A DNA stretch of 64,000 nucleotides from Candidatus Poribacteria bacterium (GCA_965222225.1 CBDCTK010000002.1:1024001-1088000); one strand, 5' to 3'; shown: positions 1 through 10,472, numbered from the stretch's first letter. Made by a program: numbers and translations. Notes: generated by a model not told the origin, from the sequence alone.

Positions 1-2
1 AG

Positions 3-2204
3 GCATATTATGAGGGCTGGGGAGAAATTTGGGAACGCCAGGCACTGATTAAAGCTCGTCCTGTTGCCGGCGATATAGAATTGGGTAGGCAATTTATCCA
101 GACTATTCAGCCGTTTGTATATCAGCGATATCTTGATGGTTTGTCAATCTCTGAGATCAAAACGGACATCTGGCACACAAAGGCACGAATCGAACGTCGA
201 ATCATCGCTGAAAACGAAAACCCACAGACTCACACAAAGTTGGGAATCGGGGGCATCCGCGACATTGAGTTTGTTATCCAATACCTTCAACTTATTCATG
301 GCGGACCAATAGCAATGCTGCGGAATCGCAACTCGCTGGAAACACTCAATCTGCTTCGCGAGCATGAATTGCTGGGTCGAGAAGACTGGAAGACGCTTTC
401 GGAAGCTTATCGGTTCCTGCGAACAGTTGAACACCGCATTCAGATTGAAGCGGATCAACAGCGGTATAGCCTGCCTTCAAAACAAGAGGACCTGATTAAA
501 CTTGCCAGGAGCACCGCTTATCGCGATAGCGACAATGAATCCGCCTTAGGTGCGTTCCACAGAGATTATAAAATATACACGCATGCAGTTCGCGAAGTTT
601 TTGACAAAATCTTCGCAATTTCTGAGGCGGATGAGGACATTGACATCTCACTGTTGCTTTCAACAAAAGACTTGACAATGATTAAGCGAATACTGGAACC
701 TTTCGGTTTCGAGAACCCACGTGAAGCGCAGTGGCGGATAAAGCTGATGGCCGAAGGGCCGGAAGGGTCACGTTTCTCCCCGGGGGTACGTACGAAACTC
801 ATTGAGATTGCGCCGACTCTGCTAAGTTGCTTGCGCCATACGCCTGACCCCGACATGGCACTAAGTTACATTGAAGCGTTTACAGACCGGGTAGGGGCAC
901 GTGTCTCATACTACACAATGTTTCAGCAAAACCCATCTATTCTTGATATGTTGGCTCGATTGTGCGGAACTAGTTTGTTTCTCTCGGAGCTGCTGATAGT
1001 CCATCCGGAATCCTTTGATGTATTGACGGCACCAGCCGTAATGGAGCATCCTAGAACGCTAGTAGAAAAGCTGGACAGCGCGCTCCAAATCATTGCTAAT
1101 GCACCTGAAGTTCACGTTTTCAACGCGCTAAGGCAATTCAAGAATAGCGAAGTCCTGCGAATTGGACTGAGAAGCATTTTGAAACGTGCAGATTTATGGA
1201 CGACTACGGCGGAACTTTCCGACTTGGCGGAGACTACATTAAAGGCAATATATCCTCACATTAGTGGACAATTTAAGCAACAAAATGGAATCCCTCTGAC
1301 AAACGATGGTGTAGAAGCTACATTCTCAATAATCGGCATGGGAAAACTCGGCGGGCGAGAATTGAACTTCAGCTCAGACTTAGATGTAATGATGGTCTAT
1401 TCCGGACAAGGTGAGTCAACAAAAGGCTTGTCCAACGCGGAGTATTTCGCGAAGCTCGGCTTAGAATTGATTAACCGATTTAAGGACACGGGGAGTGGAA
1501 CAATTTATGAACTTGATTTGCGATTACGTCCTTACGGTACGGGGGGCGCACTTGCCCTGCCACTAGACGGGTATAAGAGTTACTACGAAGAACATGCCGA
1601 GACCTGGGAACGTCAAGCATTAATTCGTGCGCGTCCTGTTGCTGGCGATGAGTGCCTTGGCAGACGATTTCTAGAGGTTGCACACACTTTTGCCTACCGT
1701 CAACCTTTGACTCAAGACGAAGTAGCTGAAATCATCCATACTCGACAACGCAAAGAAACCCAAGCAACGCGCCTTGTAACAACTAAACGCCGTCGACGTC
1801 GAAAAAAGACACAAGATGTAAAATCAGGATACGGCGGGTTAGTGGACATTGAATTCGCTGTTCAGACACTTCAATTGATTTACGGCACACAATATCCAAT
1901 GGTCCGAGCGCAGAACACGCTTGATGCAATTGCGCAATTGAGTGAGATTGACGCCATAACGACTTCCGATAAAGAACACCTCGTTAGAGATTATGAATTC
2001 CTGCGGCGCGTCGAGAATAGCTTACGTATTGTTCACGACCGGCCGCTAGATGCATTGCCGGATCAAACTGCAGAGTTGGATAAACTCGCTAAACGTGCCG
2101 GCTATCTCGATCAGGGGCAGTCTGCCACAGAGCAATTCCTAAAAGACTATCAAGAGTTTACGGAAGACACGAGAAAGCTCTTTTATCAATTGCTCAACTC
2201 GTAA
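3..2204 (+). CDS. glnE: Bifunctional glutamine synthetase adenylyltransferase/deadenylylase (5'-truncated by window edge)
   Basis: Frame is open from position 3 (AYYEGWGEIWERQALIKARPVAGD). Duplicated GlnE motifs: GGIRDIEF, GMGKLGGRELNFSSDLD, DLRLRPYG, WERQALIRAR, GGLVDIEF. Confidence 0.95.
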   Translation, partial: AYYEGWGEIWERQALIKARPVAGDIELGRQFIQTIQPFVYQRYLDGLSISEIKTDIWHTKARIERRIIAENENPQTHTKLGIGGIRDIEFVIQYLQLIHGGPIAMLRNRNSLETLNLLREHELLGREDWKTLSEAYRFLRTVEHRIQIEADQQRYSLPSKQEDLIKLARSTAYRDSDNESALGAFHRDYKIYTHAVREVFDKIFAISEADEDIDISLLLSTKDLTMIKRILEPFGFENPREAQWRIKLMAEGPEGSRFSPGVRTKLIEIAPTLLSCLRHTPDPDMALSYIEAFTDRVGARVSYYTMFQQNPSILDMLARLCGTSLFLSELLIVHPESFDVLTAPAVMEHPRTLVEKLDSALQIIANAPEVHVFNALRQFKNSEVLRIGLRSILKRADLWTTTAELSDLAETTLKAIYPHISGQFKQQNGIPLTNDGVEATFSIIGMGKLGGRELNFSSDLDVMMVYSGQGESTKGLSNAEYFAKLGLELINRFKDTGSGTIYELDLRLRPYGTGGALALPLDGYKSYYEEHAETWERQALIRARPVAGDECLGRRFLEVAHTFAYRQPLTQDEVAEIIHTRQRKETQATRLVTTKRRRRRKKTQDVKSGYGGLVDIEFAVQTLQLIYGTQYPMVRAQNTLDAIAQLSEIDAITTSDKEHLVRDYEFLRRVENSLRIVHDRPLDALPDQTAELDKLAKRAGYLDQGQSATEQFLKDYQEFTEDTRKLFYQLLNS

Positions 2205-2311
2205 ATATCCAAGCATCATTCACTCGGCATTTCGCATATAAATTCTGATTGAGTAAACTATAATCTATACCATCTCAGTTTTCGATTTACCAGCAAGAAA
2301 GGAGACCACGT

Positions 2312-3718
2312 ATGGCAGATAAACCATACCAGTTCAGTGATGAAGACATGAGACACTTCATCGTCAACGGATATGTTACGGTAAAACCGGATTTCCCCCG
2401 AAGTTTCCATGAGCGGATTTACCAACAGACCAAGGAAATATTCGAATCGGACGGGAATCCGGGCAATAATCTTCTCCCTCGGATTCCAGAGATTCAGGAA
2501 GTGTTCGATCACGCCGTTATACGTAGTGCCTTGTCCAGCCTCTTGGGTCCAGATTATATCATGCACTCTCATCGTCATCCGCATTACAACCTACCGGGCA
2601 GTGCCGGTCAAGATTTTCACAAAGACAGCTACTGGGCTTATAGCAAAGTGCGCCACCATTGCCCTCACTGGGTATTAGCGTTCTACTACCCACAAGACGT
2701 TGTCGAGGCGATTGGCCCCTCGGCGGTATTGCCTGGCACACAGTATTACAACACGCAACTTCACGAAGATGGGGATGAGGGTACTCCACTATTTGGCGAG
2801 GCAGGTACAGTTACGCTCCTTCACTTTGATTTGCGGCACCGCGCAATGGCAAATCAAACACAGAAACATCGCTTCATGATGAAATTTGAGTTTGTGCGGA
2901 TGAAACCACCTGCAATTGCCCCATGGCAATCTAAAACCCCGACATGGCAGCCTATTGGTTGGGAACTACCCCTAGGAAATCACGAAACCATGTGGCGACA
3001 TATTTGGGACTGGCTCCATGGAAAGAATACTTCAACGAACAGCGATAGTTCTTCAATGAATTGCGATATTTCCGCACTATCAAACCAGTTACATGATTGC
3101 TCCGAGGTTGCAAGTCTTGATGCAGCTTATGCCCTCGGAGCAGTTGGTGACGTTAGTGACTCAGTAGTCCCAACACTAATTGATGGGTTAAGAAATGATA
3201 CCGAAATAATCAGCCGCTCTGCCGCGTACGGCTTAGGGGCCGTCGGAAAGGCAGCAGTGCCGGCGCTGATCGACGCACTAAGTCATCCTTCCGAGTCGGT
3301 GCATCTGAACGCCGTGTACGCACTCGCTCAGATGGATGTCTCTGCACGCGAAGCCGTCCCGGCACTCTCAATAGCTTTACGCGACTCATGCGTCCAAGTA
3401 CGTCGTCACACCGCCGAAACTCTCGGCACAATTGGTGAATCCGCTCAAGACGCTGTACCCGCGTTGATAGACGCGCTGCACGATAGCGATGACCATGTTC
3501 GTTTCGATACGGCACTCGCACTGGCGCAAATCGGGAAACCTGCCAGTGTCGCGGTACCGGCACTGGTAAATGCACTAAAAGATGAAAATCGGTATGTACG
3601 TTTCAATGCGTCAGTTGCACTTGAGTGGATTGGCACGTCCGAAGCAATAGATGCGTTACTCCGATTTCTGTCCATTTTCCGGTGGTGCCATACGACCACA
3701 AGCACAAGCACATTTTAA
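2312..3718 (+). CDS. PhyH-family (Fe/2OG) dioxygenase fused to C-terminal HEAT/PBS-lyase repeats
   Basis: N-terminal F..NGY motif, HKD and a distal His (LRHRA). C-terminal repeats AVPALxxALxDxxxxVRxxAAxAL. SD AAGGAG upstream. Confidence 0.85.
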   Translation: MADKPYQFSDEDMRHFIVNGYVTVKPDFPRSFHERIYQQTKEIFESDGNPGNNLLPRIPEIQEVFDHAVIRSALSSLLGPDYIMHSHRHPHYNLPGSAGQDFHKDSYWAYSKVRHHCPHWVLAFYYPQDVVEAIGPSAVLPGTQYYNTQLHEDGDEGTPLFGEAGTVTLLHFDLRHRAMANQTQKHRFMMKFEFVRMKPPAIAPWQSKTPTWQPIGWELPLGNHETMWRHIWDWLHGKNTSTNSDSSSMNCDISALSNQLHDCSEVASLDAAYALGAVGDVSDSVVPTLIDGLRNDTEIISRSAAYGLGAVGKAAVPALIDALSHPSESVHLNAVYALAQMDVSAREAVPALSIALRDSCVQVRRHTAETLGTIGESAQDAVPALIDALHDSDDHVRFDTALALAQIGKPASVAVPALVNALKDENRYVRFNASVALEWIGTSEAIDALLRFLSIFRWCHTTTSTSTF

Positions 3719-3770
3719 CCTGTGCCTATTACGAATCTCACAATGAAGCTCTCGTCGGGAGAGTAATGAA

Positions 3771-4550
3771 ATGATGACAAAACGGATCATCCCTTGCCTT
3801 GATGTTCGTGCCGGCAAAGTTACAAAGGGAGTCGCTTTCGAGGGTAATGTTGATGTCGGTGACCCGGTAGAAATGGCAAGGTTTTACTACGAAAGCGGGG
3901 TGGATGAGCTCGTTTTCTACGATATAACTGCAAGCAATGAAAAACGAAGCATCATGATTGACGTTGTCTCTGCGGTTGCGGCAGAAATTTTTATTCCGTT
4001 TTCGGTTGGTGGCGGGTTGAGAGACCTTGAGGACATGCGACGGGTGCTCTTGGCTGGTGCCGAGAAGGTGAGCATCGACTCGGGGGCCGTGAGAAATCCG
4101 CAGCTTATCAGGCAGGGCGCAAAGGCGTTTGGCAGCCAGTGCGTGGTTCTGAGTATGCAAGTAAAACGCGTACCGAAAAGCGATCGGATTCCAAGTGGTT
4201 TTGAGATTTACATTGACGGCGGCCGCCGCCCGATGGGATTAGATGCGATTCAGTGGGCAGAACGCGGTGTGGAGCTAGGCGCAGGTGAAATCGTAGTCAA
4301 TAGCATCGATCAGGACGGCACAAAAGCCGGATACGATCTTGAACTGACCGCAGCCATAGCAACTTTGGCGCCGGTACCGGTCATAGCGTCGGGAGGTGCG
4401 GGCAAACCGAAACATCTCCGCGATGTCTTTGTCGAAAGCAACGCAGATGCTGCAATCGTCGCATCAATCACACACTACGGAGAGTTCACAATAGAGAACA
4501 TCAAGCAGTACCTTCATGCGGAAGGGGTTGCGGTTCGTAATACGTGGTGA
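3771..4550 (+). CDS. hisF: Imidazole glycerol phosphate synthase cyclase subunit
   Basis: [46 protein letters not shown]. Confidence 0.97.
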   Translation: MMTKRIIPCLDVRAGKVTKGVAFEGNVDVGDPVEMARFYYESGVDELVFYDITASNEKRSIMIDVVSAVAAEIFIPFSVGGGLRDLEDMRRVLLAGAEKVSIDSGAVRNPQLIRQGAKAFGSQCVVLSMQVKRVPKSDRIPSGFEIYIDGGRRPMGLDAIQWAERGVELGAGEIVVNSIDQDGTKAGYDLELTAAIATLAPVPVIASGGAGKPKHLRDVFVESNADAAIVASITHYGEFTIENIKQYLHAEGVAVRNTW

Positions 4551-4845
4551 GAATAGTCATGTTAATCGGCATTTGCTCGATGAACACGAAGAGAGAGAAG
4601 AGAGAGTTTAGCGTCATTTGCCGATTTTGTCCACAGCATCCTTAGTTCGGGAGTTTCCTGATTTTTCTAAACACAGAGCTTTGTATTTACGTTCGCAATT
4701 TGGACTACCTAACTCATGGTGTTTCTTGTATTCGGTTGCTTCAGAAATAGAACTAAGGATTGTCATTGTTGCATCGCAAAGTGATTTGCACTGCCTGAAT
4801 CCAACGAGTCGGTACACGAGTGAATGCCTGCGGACACTTTAGCGA

Positions 4846-5418
4846 TTACCGCACCGCTAAACTAACTACATGTGTTCCGCTTTGCTTGAGCTTTCGGTAA
4901 TTCCCGAAGACTTCTTTGAAGTTCCGTTTGATGAATTCCCGGAGCCCGCGGATTGTAACGACATAGAGCTTACCGGTCGGTTTAAGGTAATTCCGGGCTT
5001 CCAGCAGAATAATGCGCAGAAGTTCCTTTCCCGCATTTGCAGGCAAGTTTGATGCGATGACATCAAACTTGATATCGGGTAGATGGCTGAAGGTATTGCT
5101 CACTATCGCCTCACAATTTTGTACTCTGTTCCGTTTGGCATTCTTAATGGCGTGCTCAACTGCTACAAAATCCTTATCGACCAAGTAAACTTTGCCATTG
5201 CCCGATAGTTTTGCCATCACCAAACCAATCGCACCGTATCCACAACCGAGATCGAGACATGTATCCCCTGCGTTAACGTCAAGATAATCTATGAGTAAGC
5301 GCGTTCCCGGGTCAATTGATCTGGGAGAAAAAAGTCCCCATGTAGAAGAAAAGGCACAGTCGAATCCGCGCAGTTTGGCATCAAACACAATGTGACGTTT
5401 GAGCGCATCTAAATCCAT
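4846..5418 (-). CDS. Class I SAM-dependent methyltransferase, RsmC/MTS-like
   Basis: GLFSPRSIDPGTRLL, LDLGCGYG, motif IV-like ASNLP. Confidence 0.85.
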   Translation of the reverse strand: MDLDALKRHIVFDAKLRGFDCAFSSTWGLFSPRSIDPGTRLLIDYLDVNAGDTCLDLGCGYGAIGLVMAKLSGNGKVYLVDKDFVAVEHAIKNAKRNRVQNCEAIVSNTFSHLPDIKFDVIASNLPANAGKELLRIILLEARNYLKPTGKLYVVTIRGLREFIKRNFKEVFGNYRKLKQSGTHVVSLAVR

Positions 5419-5419
5419 G

Positions 5420-6913
5420 TCATTTCAGGCGTTGGGTTAGTTCGTTGCGGGTAACTGGTTGGTCAAGAGACATTAAGTAAATCTGGAAGTTGTCACTACG
5501 ATCTGATACAAAGGCAAGTGTGCGTCCGTCAGGTGAGAACGCAGGTTGCATAGATACACCAACCCCGTTGGTTAAGCGTCGTTCGTTTGTACCATCCGCA
5601 CCCATCATATAGATTTCGATGTCACCCTCGCGTGCCGAAACGAAGGCAATTGACTTACCATCAAGGGAAACGACGGGACTATAGCAGTCGTATCGGCTCG
5701 GGTTAAGATGTTTCTCTGCTCCACCGTTAATGCTTATGGCGTAGAGTTGGTGAATCTTCTCTCGTGCCGATACAAACACTATTCGCCTTCCTTCAGGAAA
5801 GAAGCATGGACTACCATCGTCTACTTCATTGTGTGTGATCCTTTTGAACTGAATCGTATTACTGTCAATATCTTGGAGGCTTAATCCTCCGATATCTAGC
5901 AGGTACAATTCTAGGTTGGCGTCAGTGTTAGATTCATAAACTATACGGTGTCCATCTGGCGCAACACGTGGCGCTCTAACACCAAATCCCATCGGCAAAA
6001 CTTCGCGTGTTTCTTTGCTGTGAATATGCGTGACCTTAAATCCGGCGTATATCGGTGTAGACCCACTGCTTTGTAGAACTATCTTAACTTCACGTGAATC
6101 CTTCGGCTCGCAGCTATAGAAGAGATAGTTCGGATTACTAAGGAATGCCGGTGAAGTTTCATTAAGATCGGTTGTGAAGGTGACACGTTGATGTATGCGT
6201 CCGTTAAGGTCCATCACGTAAATTTCGCCATTGTCTAGACGAAAAGAGGAGAACGCGATTCTCGTCCCATCAGGCGAGAAGATTGGAGAGTAATTGTCGG
6301 CTTCCCCCTCCGTGAGTTGCATGACTTGATATGTGTCGCCAACAATGCCGGCAACGTCACGAAGCATGGCTTCATTAGAAGTGATGCTAACGATCGCGCG
6401 AAGTTCGTTATGAGCATCTTGTCGATTGCCTAATTTCATGTAGATTGTTGAAAGCTTTAGCCGTGCTTCGGCTTCTGCCTCGGGCTGATCGATGTAAAGA
6501 TGCTTCGCTTTCTTGAGTTGGAAAATGGCGTCTTGAAAGCGTCCCAATCTATCATAAGCTTGGCCAAGTAGCACTCTAGCTTTGGCGTTTCGATCGTCTG
6601 CCTCTACAATTTTCTCAAGCAGATTTACAGCCTCTAGATCCATGTCTGACTGAAGTAATTCTTCGCTTTGCTGTAAAGAGGGTTCCTCTACGTGCTGGCA
6701 ATTGAGTGCACTGCTGATGAGGGCAAGACAAAGAATAGTTGCAATTTTTTGAGAAGATTGCGATGCGATTCGCGCCAGGCATTGAACGAAAATCAACACA
6801 TGACGATGAAGGCGTGTAGAGACAGAAGTGCGCTGTAAGCTTTCATTGCCGTCAACTTCGGATGCGCTATGCACATTCGAAAGGCTTTCCTCTTGGTGTT
6901 TCCGAACTGGCAT
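5420..6913 (-). CDS. TPR plus TolB-like (PD40) beta-propeller protein, probably exported
   Basis: Repeated P.FSPDG..IAF.S.R units, N-terminal TPR helices, hydrophobic segment ending ALNC. Start codon uncertain (6913 chosen for its SD; ORF track gives 6928). Confidence 0.8.
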   Translation of the reverse strand: MPVRKHQEESLSNVHSASEVDGNESLQRTSVSTRLHRHVLIFVQCLARIASQSSQKIATILCLALISSALNCQHVEEPSLQQSEELLQSDMDLEAVNLLEKIVEADDRNAKARVLLGQAYDRLGRFQDAIFQLKKAKHLYIDQPEAEAEARLKLSTIYMKLGNRQDAHNELRAIVSITSNEAMLRDVAGIVGDTYQVMQLTEGEADNYSPIFSPDGTRIAFSSFRLDNGEIYVMDLNGRIHQRVTFTTDLNETSPAFLSNPNYLFYSCEPKDSREVKIVLQSSGSTPIYAGFKVTHIHSKETREVLPMGFGVRAPRVAPDGHRIVYESNTDANLELYLLDIGGLSLQDIDSNTIQFKRITHNEVDDGSPCFFPEGRRIVFVSAREKIHQLYAISINGGAEKHLNPSRYDCYSPVVSLDGKSIAFVSAREGDIEIYMMGADGTNERRLTNGVGVSMQPAFSPDGRTLAFVSDRSDNFQIYLMSLDQPVTRNELTQRLK

Positions 6914-6960
6914 TTGTGTTTCCCTCAAGGACTGTAGCTTGCTCCGCTCTTGACGTCGGT

Positions 6961-7467
6961 TTATTTTCCTGTTTCTTCAACTTCCTCTCGTTCCTTCACC
7001 TCCCTCAGCCGCCTTCTGAATGCTCGTTTGTTGAAACCTTTTTCGCCGCGCCACCCGTCGCAAATGGCGTACAGCCAAAAGAACAGTCCCTGGACAAGGC
7101 CGCTCAATTTCAGCTTCCACGAAGGGCGGTACATCAACTTTTTGCCATTCTCAAACGTCCATAAATGGTATCCCAGTCTCTCTTCTTTTTCTTTCACCAT
7201 ATTCGGAGATTCCGATGACTGGTCAGAGTTTGTGTTGTCAAATCGCCGCTCTTCCCACCAGTCGGTGAAGTCATCGAAACGAGCAAGGTCCTCCCAACCA
7301 TCAACAGGCAATGAATTAAGATAGACTAGAATTCCCCCGAGGGCAACACCTAAAAAAAGAATGAAGCCTTTCAGCCGTTTGCGCAGGTAAATTTGTCCAA
7401 GACCCGGAAGAATCAGTGACAAAAGCATAGCAACGTAGGACGGTTTTCCGCTTCCTACTTGTACCAT
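6961..7467 (-). CDS. Hypothetical membrane protein
   Basis: AMLLSLILPGLGQIYL...KG motif typical of small membrane proteins; co-oriented with its neighbours. Confidence 0.7.
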   Translation of the reverse strand: MVQVGSGKPSYVAMLLSLILPGLGQIYLRKRLKGFILFLGVALGGILVYLNSLPVDGWEDLARFDDFTDWWEERRFDNTNSDQSSESPNMVKEKEERLGYHLWTFENGKKLMYRPSWKLKLSGLVQGLFFWLYAICDGWRGEKGFNKRAFRRRLREVKEREEVEETGK

Positions 7468-7481
7468 CTTGAACCTCTTGA

Positions 7482-7865
7482 TTAATCGCTAGCACTTGCG
7501 ACGAGATAAACCCCTATACAAATCACCACCGCGCCTAGAACTCTGATTCTTGGAATTGATTCTTTGAAGAATATCCATGAAAAAAGTATTGACAATAAAT
7601 AGCCGAGACTAATTATCGGGTATGCGACACTTAATTTGACTCTCGAAAGAATAACGAGCCAAATCATCGTTGTGAATCCGTAGGTTGCGATACCACCAAT
7701 AACGAACGGGTTCATAAATGCTTGAATGAGTTTGTGTATTACTCGACTTACACCCTCCACGCGTCCTACTTGGAGCATCCCTTGCTTGAGCAAAAGTTGC
7801 CCTGTCACGGTAAATAACACGTTACAGATTAAAAGCAGGAAATCTTTGAGTGTGATTTCTTTCAT
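7482..7865 (-). CDS. Small 4-TM DMT/SMR-family transporter (ArnE/ArnF/EamA-like)
   Basis: GQLLLKQG, LSRVKLSVAYP, FFKE, four hydrophobic helices; SD GGAG...AAGG. Confidence 0.85.
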   Translation of the reverse strand: MKEITLKDFLLLICNVLFTVTGQLLLKQGMLQVGRVEGVSRVIHKLIQAFMNPFVIGGIATYGFTTMIWLVILSRVKLSVAYPIISLGYLLSILFSWIFFKESIPRIRVLGAVVICIGVYLVASASD

Positions 7866-8370
7866 ATAGAAAACACCTTTCCTCCATTTCTAAGTATACT
7901 ATATCACACTGGTCAACTTTTCACAATGCCCAATACTTTGTGGGCATGGGAACCCGTTTCGATTGGTTCACACTATCGTCTAGCACATATGGCGAAGGAC
8001 TGTTGAGTCGCCGAATATTTCAGTTCCCAATGAAAAAAGCATCCTCCCTAGGCTCAAGAATCAAGCAAGCATGTCGGAACCCACTTCGACCGAAGTTGCC
8101 AGCATTCGCTTGGGGATAGTCCGGCTCAGCCGCATCTAACTCGCCATTGGGCTGTGTCAAGCGCGGGATAGGACATATTGATATTGTCGCTCAAATGTCA
8201 CTACTGTCGTAGGAACGACGCACTCCCTGTTAATTAGAGGCCCGCACTTGCCTCTGATTCATTATAATAGCGATTATTGGCAATTGGTCTGTGTTTTGCA
8301 TAAAACCAACTTAGCTTCTAGCGAAGTCGCAAAGTGCTTTTAAGCTATTGTGCCTACATGCCAGCTTAAA

Positions 8371-8434
8371 TTGGATAATCCAATCCCGACGTGATATAAT
8401 AGGATCTTGACTTGTGTTAAAAACTGGCTATAAT
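8371..8434 (+). promoter_or_regulatory. Tandem sigma70-like promoters upstream of the lipoprotein/OMP pair
   Basis: TTGGAT-18-TATAAT with TG extension (8371-8400) and TTGACT-16-TATAAT (8407-8434). Confidence 0.55.
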
Positions 8435-8522
8435 TCGCTACCGCAATGGCGATCAAATCAACATCGCCGGAAAATAAACCGCTTTGGGATTGACATTTCA
8501 ACATTTGATGGGGGAAGAAACC

Positions 8523-9083
8523 ATGAAACTCAGATTTGCCATCACAGCTGTGTTGTTGGTAGCACCCATTTTTCTTGTTGGGTGTTATACACAGCTTGCG
8601 TACAATACAGCCTCGCGGATAACACCCCGAGGGACAAATCAACATGATGAAGCCAAGACATTGAACGAAAATGAAGACAATGGAGATGGCCAAACTGGTG
8701 TAGAGCATCAATCAGAAACGGAGGAGGAGGGATATTACGGACGCCGTAAGCGAACTTACGATCGTCACATTCCGTATTACGACGGATACTATTTTTCGGA
8801 CCCTTACCCATACTACTCTTACCATCCCTACTACCAAAATTATGGATATCGGAACTCTTATTGGTATGGTCGGAGGCATCATCGCGATTACTCACCCCGT
8901 TACTACAAGAACCGGGACTTTCACCAGGGCGATAGACGCTCACGAAGTCATCGAGGCGTTGATTCTCAACGCTCGTCATCCAACAGACCAAGCCAAAAGA
9001 TGGACCGCGAATTAGATAGGACCTCTCCAAAGGAGGATAGTTCAAGACATAGGGAATTAAGAAGATATCAAAGGAGGCATTAA
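8523..9083 (+). CDS. Lipoprotein with Tyr-rich and Arg/Ser-rich low-complexity body
   Basis: MKLRF plus hydrophobic stretch plus lipobox LVGC. ATG at 8523 follows GGGGAAG. Ends 5 nt before the OMP gene. Confidence 0.8.
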   Translation: MKLRFAITAVLLVAPIFLVGCYTQLAYNTASRITPRGTNQHDEAKTLNENEDNGDGQTGVEHQSETEEEGYYGRRKRTYDRHIPYYDGYYFSDPYPYYSYHPYYQNYGYRNSYWYGRRHHRDYSPRYYKNRDFHQGDRRSRSHRGVDSQRSSSNRPSQKMDRELDRTSPKEDSSRHRELRRYQRRH

Positions 9084-9088
9084 TTTCA

Positions 9089-10411
9089 ATGATGAGAAAA
9101 CTGAATTACATAATCTCAAAACACGCAGCTTGGAAGACAATCTACGTCCTGTCCTTAATTCTGTTCATTACAACGTTTGTTCTCACCCTACCTAGTCTCG
9201 CTCAGGTTGAGGAAATTGCTATCGGTAATACTTTCGGCGTTGGTGCGAGGGCGATGGGTATGGGAGGCGCGTTTCTTGGCACTGCAGACGATTTGACAGC
9301 GCTCTACTGGAATCCTGCGGGGTTAGCCCAAATTCGGAAATTCGAGTTGTATGGCAGCATGTCTCACCACGACACTAACTCTGAAACGCAATTTGCCGGG
9401 ACACGTCCGATTAACGCCAGCCGGTCAAAGACTCGGCCCAATTCCGCGGGGATAGTCTATCCACTAGGTGCGAGGCGTGGTGGTTTCGCTATCGGGTTAG
9501 GATATAACCGTGCACAGAACTTCGACTCTCGAATTGTTATTCAGGGAATAGATCCCTCTGACGACACAACTTTTGGCGGTCTTGACGTAGATGAAACTAA
9601 CAGCGACCGCGGAGGTATTGGAATTTGGAGTTTCGGTGCGGGAGTTTTTATCTCACAAAATATCATACTCGGCGCATCTATGGACTTCTGGCACGGAACA
9701 TATATCAACGAGTTAGATAGCATTGCAACCGACGTGAGTAACATTGATGCTGAATTAGCCGGTTTCGCATTCCATGACACCATCGACCGTGAATACTTTG
9801 GTGTCGGCGGCAGAATTGGGCTGCTTGCTTACGTCACTGAAAATGTAACTCTCGGTCTTACTGCCGTTGCTCCAATGGACATTGAGGTGGATGAGCTGTG
9901 GCGGGAAGAAACCGATGTGATTTTTGATGATGGTGAATCAGAAAGGGATTCCGACCAGGGGTCAATACTTTTCGATATTGAAAGACCGTTTGAACTCGGT
10001 GCGGGAATCGCCGTGAAACTTCTGCAAAAGTGTTTGACACTAGCTAGTGACATTCAATTCACCGATTGGACACAGACACAATATAGCGCGCCACCATCGG
10101 AAGATGTGTCCAGAGATAACTTCGAGCGGTTCTATGACAAGACGGTTCAGATTCGCGTTGGTGCAGAATATCAAATCAAGAAAATTGATGCCTACACTCG
10201 TGTGGGTTATTTGTATGACCCTATCCCATTTAACGCAAAAGAAATTGACAACAATCGGAATTCCTTGACAATCGGCATTGGCAAAGTCTTCGACGAAGTT
10301 GTAAAGTTCGACATAGCGTATATACGCGGTTCGTGGAAACAATCGGTGGAATCACTTGCTACTACCCAGACATCGAATCGTCTGTTTGTGTCCGCAGCGT
10401 ATCGATACTGA
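9089..10411 (+). CDS. Outer membrane beta-barrel, OmpP1/FadL/TodX family
   Basis: Signal peptide, GARAMGMGGA...DD..ALYWNPAGLA plug motif, C-terminal aromatic beta-signal (AAYRY). Confidence 0.88.
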   Translation: MMRKLNYIISKHAAWKTIYVLSLILFITTFVLTLPSLAQVEEIAIGNTFGVGARAMGMGGAFLGTADDLTALYWNPAGLAQIRKFELYGSMSHHDTNSETQFAGTRPINASRSKTRPNSAGIVYPLGARRGGFAIGLGYNRAQNFDSRIVIQGIDPSDDTTFGGLDVDETNSDRGGIGIWSFGAGVFISQNIILGASMDFWHGTYINELDSIATDVSNIDAELAGFAFHDTIDREYFGVGGRIGLLAYVTENVTLGLTAVAPMDIEVDELWREETDVIFDDGESERDSDQGSILFDIERPFELGAGIAVKLLQKCLTLASDIQFTDWTQTQYSAPPSEDVSRDNFERFYDKTVQIRVGAEYQIKKIDAYTRVGYLYDPIPFNAKEIDNNRNSLTIGIGKVFDEVVKFDIAYIRGSWKQSVESLATTQTSNRLFVSAAYRY

Positions 10412-10472
10412 AATACGGTCATCATGGACAGACATACGCCACGAGCACTCACTCTTGCTGCTAATGCGGGGC

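Noticed and set aside
4551-4845. Short ORFs and a GA-rich run in the hisF-methyltransferase gap
   Set aside because: No SD or recognisable domain; the run is a short low-complexity tract.
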